Shown here piece after piece: positions 20,132-26,490 of a stretch of DNA of 47,784 nt. Position numbers and translations under genes: made by a program. How positions within the stretch are numbered: the first letter of the stretch is position 1; each line of letters starts with the position of its first letter. The DNA comes from a virus (taxonomy: Duplodnaviria > Caudoviricetes): positions 1-47,784 of IMG/VR virus record IMGVR_UViG_3300049139_000048; one strand, 5' to 3'. Below the pieces are notes generated by a model. It did no database searches. It worked only from the letters and a program-made list of their open reading frames with translations, and was not told the origin of the DNA.

Positions 20132-20147
20132 CATGTCTGGAGGTGCC

Positions 20148-21101
20148 ATGGCCGGCGCCCTTTCTGCCGATCGGCTGCTCTCCGCGCTACGCGCTGAGGG
20201 TCTGCGGGTCGTCGAGTACCGCGACTGGCGCACTCACCGGCGCCCCTCATCTGCAGGGACGTTCGGCGAGATCAATGGGGTGATGATTCACCACACCGTG
20301 ACGTCGGGTACGACGTCGTCCGTCGAGCTCTGCTACAACGGGCACTCTTCGCTGCCCGGTCCGCTGTGTCACGGCGTCATCGCGAAGGACGGCACCGTCT
20401 ACCTGGTCAGCAACGGCCGGGCGAATCACGCCGGCCTCGGCGACGACGACGTGCTGCGCGCCGTACAGGACGAGTCATACGACCGCGACCGGCTGCTCGT
20501 GCCGAACGAAGCGAACACCGACGGCAACAGCCGGTTCTACGGGTTCGAGTGCATCAACCTCGGCAACGGAACCGACCCGTGGCCGGAGGCGCAGCGGGAC
20601 GCGATCGTCCGCGCGTCGGCCGCGATCCTCCGCGCATACGGCGGCCCCGCGCAGGGGTGGACCGCCCGCAGCGTGATCGGCCACAAGGAGTGGCAGCCCG
20701 GGAAGGTCGACCCGCGCACGGGCACGGGCGGTGTCGACGTGTCCCCGCCGGTGCTGCGCCGACTGATCGATGACCGTCTCGCCCATTCGGCGAGTTGGAA
20801 CCCCAACGCCCCGTCCGAGGAGGACGACATGACCCCCGAGCAGTCCAAGCAGCTCGCCGAACTGGCCGCCGCGGTGAAGCGGATAGAGGCCGGTCGCAGG
20901 GTCGACCCGTGGCTCTACAAGGGCGACGGCGAGCCGCGCGACATGCACCAGGTCGTCAAGGACATCGACCACGGAGTTCGGGCGTTCGAGCCTGCGGCCA
21001 TGACCGAGGAGCAGGTCGACCGGCTCGCCGCCGCGGTGGTCGAGCACCCGGCGCTCGCCGACGCCATCGCCGACAAGCTCGCCGCACGCCTCGCCAACTG
21101 A
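20148..21101 (+). CDS. Endolysin, N-acetylmuramoyl-L-alanine amidase (Amidase_2)
   Basis: VMIHHT, LPGPLCH, GRANHAG, YGFECIN, VIGHKEWQPGKVDP; GGAGG RBS before 20148. Confidence 0.92.
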   Translation: MAGALSADRLLSALRAEGLRVVEYRDWRTHRRPSSAGTFGEINGVMIHHTVTSGTTSSVELCYNGHSSLPGPLCHGVIAKDGTVYLVSNGRANHAGLGDDDVLRAVQDESYDRDRLLVPNEANTDGNSRFYGFECINLGNGTDPWPEAQRDAIVRASAAILRAYGGPAQGWTARSVIGHKEWQPGKVDPRTGTGGVDVSPPVLRRLIDDRLAHSASWNPNAPSEEDDMTPEQSKQLAELAAAVKRIEAGRRVDPWLYKGDGEPRDMHQVVKDIDHGVRAFEPAAMTEEQVDRLAAAVVEHPALADAIADKLAARLAN

Positions 21102-21123
21102 TCTCACAGAAAGGGGCCCGGCT

Positions 21124-21432
21124 ATGCCTGCCCTGTTCGTCTCGTTCATGCGTACCGCCGTCCCTGCCGTCGCCGGGTGGCTGCTGATGCTCGCCGCCCG
21201 CGCCGGGATCGAGTTCGACTCGACCGCCGTCACCGGCGCCGTGACGGTCCTGCTCGCCGTCGCGTACTACCTGGTCTTTCGGCTGCTCGAGCTCGCCGGG
21301 CAGCGCGCCCGCGGCGACGTCCTGCAGAAGTTCGCCGGGCTGCTGCTCGGCTGGGCGCGGCCGCCCGAGTACCCGAAGCCCGAGGCGATCTCTCCGGTCA
21401 CCTCGTACCGCGGGCAGAGCGACGGCGTGTGA
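21124..21432 (+). CDS. Holin-like membrane protein
   Basis: RT.VP..AGWL, two hydrophobic helices, LLGW..PP.Y; follows endolysin. Confidence 0.75.
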   Translation: MPALFVSFMRTAVPAVAGWLLMLAARAGIEFDSTAVTGAVTVLLAVAYYLVFRLLELAGQRARGDVLQKFAGLLLGWARPPEYPKPEAISPVTSYRGQSDGV

Positions 21433-21504
21433 CAAGGGGTGCGGCCCCGGTGCGGGGCCGCGCGTTACCCGCGCACACAGCCGCACTACGGAAAGGCCCG
21501 GCCC

Positions 21505-21837
21505 GTGGACGCTGTGGTCATCGGCGCAATCGGAACCATGATTGTCGGCGTCGTCACCGGTCTCGCGTCCTGGCACGGACAGCGCAGCAGCGCCCGAGCC
21601 AATCACACCGGCGTCGTCATGACCGGGTACGGCGGGCTCGTCGACAACCTGCAGGAGGAACGCGACAAGCTGCAGGCGCAGGTCACTGAAAAGACCGAGC
21701 AGCTCGCAGCCGCGTACGCCGAACTCGCCCGAGAACGTGCCGAGAAAGCCGGGCTGCAAGCGCAGATCACCACACTCACCACCGAGCGGCAGCAGCTGCT
21801 CGACCGTCTCGCCGCCCTGGGAGGGGACACCCAGTGA
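21505..21837 (+). CDS. Membrane-anchored coiled-coil protein (lysis cassette)
   Basis: N-terminal TM helix then heptad-rich coiled coil; GAAAGG RBS. Confidence 0.7.
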   Translation: MDAVVIGAIGTMIVGVVTGLASWHGQRSSARANHTGVVMTGYGGLVDNLQEERDKLQAQVTEKTEQLAAAYAELARERAEKAGLQAQITTLTTERQQLLDRLAALGGDTQ

Positions 21838-22532
21838 CGCACCGACGCCCCGGAATACTCGCCAGACAGTGGCGATCACTCGCCCTAACGGCGTTCCTGC
21901 TCGTTCTCGCGGGCGCGGTGCTGCTCGTGTGGCAGAGGGTCGACGCCGAGACCGCAGCACGCAAGGACGCGACCAATGAGGCGCGGCAGGCCATCGCCGA
22001 GGCCAACAAACGCGGTGACGCTGTCTCGACGCTCGCCGGTGACGTTCGAGTGCTGCGGGCACAGATCGAGGCCCGGGGCGATACGCCGGCCGCACCGGAT
22101 CCGGCGCGGGCGGTCGACGATCTGCCGGACCGGGCCGAGGTGCCGGTGCCGATCCCAGGACCGCAGGGACCGGCCGGTAAACCGGGCGAGCCGGGCAAGA
22201 CAGGCCCGTCCGGCACGCCCGGCGAGCCCGGTGAACCGGGAGCGGCCGGGGCCGATGGCGTGGACGGAAGGGACGGCGTGGACGGCAAGGACGGTGCCAC
22301 CGGCCCGGCCGGACCGCAGGGCGAGCGCGGAGAGCAGGGGCCCCGCGGTGAGCAGGGGCCGCCCGGGCCAGCTGGCCAGTCTTGCCCGGAGGGTTACTCG
22401 TGGCAGACCCCGAGCTACGACCCGGACGCGAAAGTCTGCCGGCGCGACGGCGCGCCGCCCCCGCCCGAGGACGACGACCCTTTGCTGCCTCTGTCCCTGG
22501 CGCTGGACCCGAACCGCCGCCAATACCCGTAA
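21834..22532 (+). CDS. Membrane-anchored collagen-like protein
   Basis: TM helix, coiled coil, long Gly-X-Y run, CPEGYSW...C C-terminus. Confidence 0.8.
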   Translation: MTHRRPGILARQWRSLALTAFLLVLAGAVLLVWQRVDAETAARKDATNEARQAIAEANKRGDAVSTLAGDVRVLRAQIEARGDTPAAPDPARAVDDLPDRAEVPVPIPGPQGPAGKPGEPGKTGPSGTPGEPGEPGAAGADGVDGRDGVDGKDGATGPAGPQGERGEQGPRGEQGPPGPAGQSCPEGYSWQTPSYDPDAKVCRRDGAPPPPEDDDPLLPLSLALDPNRRQYP

Positions 22533-22552
22533 CGATCAAAGGAGCATGGATC

Positions 22553-22753
22553 ATGTCTCAGACACCCGCCGAGCGCCCCGCACGGCCGCAGCCGGACCCC
22601 GGCTCGACCGACGTCGGCTCGCAGGTCGACCTCGGGTGGACGGATCCGGAGCCCGAGCCTGCCCCGGCCCCGCCGCCCGAGCCGCAGCCGGACCCCGAGC
22701 CCGAGCCCGAGACACCGGACGAGCCCGCCCCGGACGCGCCGTCTGGCCAGTAG
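22553..22753 (+). CDS. Small Pro/Glu/Asp-rich hypothetical protein
   Basis: AAGGAG upstream; ends just before a terminator. Confidence 0.5.
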   Translation: MSQTPAERPARPQPDPGSTDVGSQVDLGWTDPEPEPAPAPPPEPQPDPEPEPETPDEPAPDAPSGQ

Positions 22754-22760
22754 CACCACG

Positions 22761-22800
22761 AACGCCCCCTCGCGCCTACTGGCGCGAGGGGGCGTTTTCT
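22761..22800 (+). terminator. Intrinsic terminator ending the late operon
   Basis: AACGCCCCCTCGCGCC-TACT-GGCGCGAGGGGGCGTT followed by TTCT. Confidence 0.85.
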
Positions 22801-22816
22801 GCGTTTCAGTCCCGGG

Positions 22817-22839
22817 CTGTCAGCGCCGTGTGCCATAGT
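22817..22839 (+). promoter_or_regulatory. Promoter resembling the actinobacterial RecA-NDp/PafBC motif
   Basis: TGTCAG-N10-CATAGT versus consensus TGTCRG-N10-TANNNT; ends 7 nt before the first CRISPR-like repeat. Confidence 0.5.
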
Positions 22840-22846
22840 CGTCCCG

Positions 22847-23054
22847 TTGCTCCCCGCGAACGCGGGGATGGCCCCTGTGGGGACTGAAGCAGCATGCTCC
22901 CCGCCGCTGCGGGGGTGTACCGATGAGCCCTTACGTCAGTGCGCTGACTGTGGCCCGTCTCTCCGCGCAAGCGGAGGTTTCCCCGCCTATGCGGGGATGG
23001 CCCGAGTTTCAGGGGCGTGCAAGACCTGCTGCCCGCGCATGCGGGAATGAGAGA
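22847..23054 (+). CRISPR. Degenerate cas-less type I-E CRISPR-like mini-array (5 repeat units, 3 spacers of 18, 33 and 21 nt)
   Basis: R1 TTGCTCCCCGCGAACGCGGGGATGGCCCC 22847-22875; R2 ATGCTCCCCGCCGCTGCGGGGGTGTACCG 22894-22922; R3 CGTCTCTCCGCGCAAGCGGAGGTTTCCCC 22956-22984; R4 GGTTTCCCCGCCTATGCGGGGATGGCCCG 22976-23004; R5 CTGCTGCCCGCGCATGCGGGAATGAGAGA 23026-23054; all keep the I-E CCGC-N4-GCGG hairpin. Confidence 0.85.
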
Positions 23055-23082
23055 ACCCCCGCGCTTCCGGCGCGGGGGTTCT
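23052..23082. terminator. Probable bidirectional terminator
   Basis: AGAACCCCCGCGC-TTCCG-GCGCGGGGGTTCT, 13-bp perfect stem between the array and a convergent gene. Confidence 0.8.
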
Positions 23083-23105
23083 TCCGTGTACGCGTTGCTC
23101 CCGGA

Positions 23106-24455
23106 CTAAGCGCCGAGCACATCCATCAAATGATCGTCGAGGTCGGCGACCCAATCCTCACGCCGCCACGGCCGCAACTCCCGCCGCGCCCGCTTGAGTC
23201 GGATCGCCGGTACCCGGCCGCCCGTCGCCGCCGCCGCGGTGACGCACCCGTGCAGCAGCTCGGCGGCCGCCTGCGGCTCCCCCATCCGCACCCGGGCGAG
23301 TGCCTGATCGGTCGTCACGATCGCCCGCTGCACCTGCTCGCGCGGGCCGACGAGCGACGCCGCCGACCGGGCGAACCGGTCGTGCGCGACGGCCGGATCG
23401 CCGACGTACAGCTCGCACACGCCCTCGAACCCGGCGAGGTGCCCCGGCGAGAAGCTGCTCGTCGACGGGTCGCCGTCCGCACCGCTGTCCATGTCATACC
23501 AGGCAAGCCCGAGCGCAGCCTGCGCCTGCCGCTGCTCGTTCGCCCGCGCCGCGATCTCAGCCTGCAGCGCGTGCGCACGGGCCCGAACGGTCACGCTGCC
23601 GCCGGTCCTCGCGTCGCGCACCGCGGCGTCGACCAGGCGCCGCGCGTCCTCGAGGCCCTGCGTCGAGTACAGGGTGACGAGCGCGTGCGACATGTGGACC
23701 GTCGCCCGCCGCCACGGGTCGGCGAGCAGCCCGGCCTCGCGGGTCGCCTCGGCGTACAGCGCCCGCGACGCGGCATCATCCCGCGTCTCGAACGCGAGCC
23801 GGCCAGCGAGCGTACGGGCGGCGACCGCCGCGACCCGCAGCGACGGCAACACCGGCTCGGGCACCGGCCCGCCGAGCAGCTGCCGACATGCCTCGACGAC
23901 GGGGGCGAGCAGCAGCTGCAGCCGCACGAACGGCAGGCTGCCCACTTGCGCGTTGACGTCCGCGACAGCGGCAGCGAGCCCGGCGACGACCGGCTCGTCG
24001 ACACGGGACGGGTCGGCGACCGCCGCGGCGAGCCCGGCCTGCGTCGCCGGCGACAGCAGCGCGAGCAGCCCGCCGCCCTGCTCGGTCGCCGTGCGCAGCA
24101 GCAGCGTCCGCAGCTCGGCGAGCCGGTGCTCACTCTCGCCGAGGTGCCCGAGCGCGTCGAGCAGCTCGGCGAAGTCGGACCCGGCGCCGATCGACAGCGC
24201 GCCGGCCAGGGTGCGGGCGTAGAGGTGGGCGAGCAGCAGCTGATGCCGCTCGTCGGGCCGTGTCGGGGCCGCGGACTCCCATCGGGCGACGGAGCGCTGC
24301 AGCCCGGCGACCGAGGGGAGGCTGCCGCGTGGCTGCCCGAGGTCGTCGGCGATCGCGAGCAGGGCGCGGGCGGTGTCGGCGAGGGATAACCCCCGGCTCT
24401 TGCGCAGCCGCTTCATTGCGGCGGCGCCGGTGGTTCTGTCGTCCATGCCCCCCAT
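23106..24455 (-). CDS. XRE-family HTH regulator with long helical (TPR-like) C-terminal domain
   Basis: LRKSRGLSLAD...LQRSVARWE HTH; Ala-rich helical repeats; TTA codon at 24387-24389; start may be 24446. Confidence 0.8.
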   Translation of the reverse strand: MGGMDDRTTGAAAMKRLRKSRGLSLADTARALLAIADDLGQPRGSLPSVAGLQRSVARWESAAPTRPDERHQLLLAHLYARTLAGALSIGAGSDFAELLDALGHLGESEHRLAELRTLLLRTATEQGGGLLALLSPATQAGLAAAVADPSRVDEPVVAGLAAAVADVNAQVGSLPFVRLQLLLAPVVEACRQLLGGPVPEPVLPSLRVAAVAARTLAGRLAFETRDDAASRALYAEATREAGLLADPWRRATVHMSHALVTLYSTQGLEDARRLVDAAVRDARTGGSVTVRARAHALQAEIAARANEQRQAQAALGLAWYDMDSGADGDPSTSSFSPGHLAGFEGVCELYVGDPAVAHDRFARSAASLVGPREQVQRAIVTTDQALARVRMGEPQAAAELLHGCVTAAAATGGRVPAIRLKRARRELRPWRREDWVADLDDHLMDVLGA

Positions 24456-24473
24456 GGTGACGTATAGAAAACG

Positions 24474-24920
24474 CTACACGGGCACGATCAGGCGAGGTTT
24501 CCCCTGCTCGGCTGTGTAGTTGAGCGTCTGCCAGGTGCCCGACGTCGGCTCGTCGCCGTGCGGGAACCCGACCGTCATCTGCGCATGGTCGACCATGTGC
24601 CGGTTCCGGGCGTGATAGGCGGGTGTGCGCAGCTCGGTCGCGCCGAGCTCGACCAGGTCGACACGGTCGCCGAGTTCACGCACCGCAGCGCGCGCTTCGG
24701 CGGGCTGCTGAGCGAGCCGGCCGGGGGTGACGACGGTCAGGGCGGCCGGGGTGTGTTCGGCGAGCCACAGCAGCGTCAGTGTGTCGATGCCGCGGGCGCC
24801 GCCGATGTAGAACCGCGCGTCGTCGGCGAACGGGGCGAGGTACTGCGCGAACAGGGCCGCGTACTCGTCGACGGGGCGGTGCTCGGTCTTACGGGTGCCG
24901 GTGACAGCGACGCGTCTCAT
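24474..24920 (-). CDS. SLOG-superfamily (DprA/YpsA-like) nucleotide-binding protein
   Basis: VAVTGTR, GGARGID, RNRHMVD, SGTWQT..Y...GKP hallmark motifs. Confidence 0.8.
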   Translation of the reverse strand: MRRVAVTGTRKTEHRPVDEYAALFAQYLAPFADDARFYIGGARGIDTLTLLWLAEHTPAALTVVTPGRLAQQPAEARAAVRELGDRVDLVELGATELRTPAYHARNRHMVDHAQMTVGFPHGDEPTSGTWQTLNYTAEQGKPRLIVPV

Positions 24921-24983
24921 GATCCACTTCCTGTCATAGGTTGTCACATCCCAACCAGTCTGCCGCGCGGGCAGATTGAACGT

Positions 24984-25397
24984 GTGACCCGCAGCCACCT
25001 GCACGAACTCGCCGACAACCTGCGCTTACGGGGCCTGACAGTCGTCATGGACCCGGACGCCGGGACCGTGACCGCAACGAACCCGATGCACCGGCTGATC
25101 GCTACGACGATCAGGTGCACCGGCGACGCCTACCTGACCGAGTACGACTACGAAGTCGGGCAGCGCGGCGACGAACCGGCGAGCGCCGGCCGGATCGCGC
25201 ACCTGCTCGCCATGCCGCAGCGCGACGTGCCGCTGCGCCCGTGCAGCTACTGCCCCCACCCCGGCGCGAACTGCTGCGTCAGGCTCGTCGACACGGTGTC
25301 CGGCCCGCCCCGGCCCGTGCTCGCCCACTGGTCGTGCGCGACGCGCCGCAAGGTGCCGGTGCTGTACTCGCTCATCGAGACGGAGACGACACCGTGA
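24984..25397 (+). CDS. Hypothetical protein with C-terminal Cys/His cluster
   Basis: Divergent from the SLOG gene; CSYC...CC...HWSC; in-frame TTA at 25026. Confidence 0.6.
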   Translation: MTRSHLHELADNLRLRGLTVVMDPDAGTVTATNPMHRLIATTIRCTGDAYLTEYDYEVGQRGDEPASAGRIAHLLAMPQRDVPLRPCSYCPHPGANCCVRLVDTVSGPPRPVLAHWSCATRRKVPVLYSLIETETTP

Positions 25398-25582
25398 TCG
25401 TGACCCGTATCGGCGACCGGATCGCCCTGCCCGCCCCCGCCCTCTGTTGGGTGCCGATGCCGAAGAACCCGACGCGGCGCTGCACGAACCCGGACCCGAG
25501 TCACGATGGGGACCATGAGCACGAGTATTCCGGGGCGACGTGGCCGCGGTACAAGGGCGAGCAGCGGGAGCTGCAGCCGTGA
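25394..25582 (+). CDS. Small Cys/His hypothetical protein
   Basis: GTGA coupling; C..C....H.G.H.H. Confidence 0.6.
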   Translation: MIVTRIGDRIALPAPALCWVPMPKNPTRRCTNPDPSHDGDHEHEYSGATWPRYKGEQRELQP

Positions 25583-25794
25583 CCGCGCCGGCCGCCACCA
25601 CGCCGCCCGCCGACCGCGCCCGGTGCCGTGACGCGAAAATCCCGCCCGCTGCCGCGCTGAAGTATGGGCAGGCTCTCGGCTGGGACTGCTACGCCTGCGG
25701 CAAGACCCTTACAACCGGAGCGATACACGTCGGCCGTGCCGTCGGCCGCGACGGCGCGCACGTCCTCGACTGTGACGTGTACGCGTGCCCCTGA
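25579..25794 (+). CDS. Small Zn-binding-like hypothetical protein
   Basis: GTGA coupling; CYAC...YACP. Confidence 0.6.
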   Translation: MTAPAATTPPADRARCRDAKIPPAAALKYGQALGWDCYACGKTLTTGAIHVGRAVGRDGAHVLDCDVYACP

Positions 25795-25797
25795 TCC

Positions 25798-25881
25798 CCC
25801 TGCCCGCGGATGCCGCCGATCGTCGGCGGGCAGGGATGAGCGGCCCCGGCCTGTTTGTGTCCCCCTCGGGCAGGCCGGGGC
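25798..25881. terminator. Two hairpins between convergent genes
   Basis: CCCTGCCCGC...GCGGGCAGGG and GCCCCGGCCTG...CAGGCCGGGGC. Confidence 0.5.
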
Positions 25882-26117
25882 TACCTACGGCGCATCAGGT
25901 CGGAGAGTTCCACGCCGATGACTTCGGAGATCTGAATCAGGCTGTCGATGCGGGCGGCAGAGTGCCCCTGCTCAATTCGGTTCAGTGTCGTGCGCTCGAT
26001 GCCCGCCTGCAGGGCGACAGCTTCCTGCGTCAGATTGGCCGCGAGGCGCGCCTCGCGAATGTTGTCGCCGATCTCACGACGGCGGGCGAGAAGCCTGGGG
26101 TGATCTAGCGGCGGCAC
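25881..26117 (-). CDS. Small XRE-family HTH protein
   Basis: IREARLAANLTQEAVALQAGIERTTLNRIEQG. Confidence 0.88.
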   Translation of the reverse strand: MPPLDHPRLLARRREIGDNIREARLAANLTQEAVALQAGIERTTLNRIEQGHSAARIDSLIQISEVIGVELSDLMRRR

Positions 26118-26208
26118 TGGTCAACCGTTGCCGCATCAAGATCCAATGTCTGTAGCGTATACCGTACATTCCTGAGTCACGGAACAGTTGCGCGAGCTCA
26201 TCACCCTT

Positions 26209-26224
26209 TCGAATGACTGTTCGC
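26209..26224. promoter_or_regulatory. Putative LexA (SOS) box
   Basis: TCGAATGACTGTTCGC, 2 mismatches to TCGAAC-N4-GTTCGA; intergenic. Confidence 0.45.
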
Positions 26225-26282
26225 ATATGCTCTTGAAACTTGCACAGTGCACAGGTTCGCTAGAACCGAACCACTCATGACC

Positions 26283-26390
26283 GCCGTCACCACCGAGTGA
26301 CGGCTGCCCGCCTGCCCGTGCCCCACACGGCAGGCGCGGCCGCACCCCGGGCGCCATTTCGTCTCCGCAAAGACACGGCGTCCGGGGTGC
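26283..26390. ncRNA. Candidate structured non-coding RNA (three abutting hairpins)
   Basis: Stems 26283-26304, 26306-26340 and 26342-26390 in a gene-free interval. Confidence 0.4.
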
Positions 26391-26412
26391 TCGCATTTCC
26401 GCAGGTGAGCGG

Positions 26413-26462
26413 ATACATGTTTTGGATTCATCTATGAGCGACCACTATCCCAAAACGGGGTA
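26413..26462. other. Candidate attP for the serine integrase
   Basis: Inverted repeat GTTTTGG (26419-26425) / CCAAAAC (26450-26456) centred on 26437-26438, just past the integrase 3' end. Confidence 0.5.
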
Positions 26463-26490
26463 CGCCGCCGGGTAGCGGCAGCAGTCACGA

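Noticed and set aside
23052-23082. CCCCCGCGC...GCGCGGGGG hairpin as a sixth CRISPR repeat
   Set aside because: 13-bp stem with a 5-nt loop, no I-E handle, and it sits between convergent units; better explained as a terminator
22923-24389. 488-aa plus-strand ORF and the 67-aa ORF 22847-23050 across the repeat cluster
   Set aside because: The long one is the antisense shadow of the XRE-TPR gene and crosses a terminator; the short one only reflects the repeats
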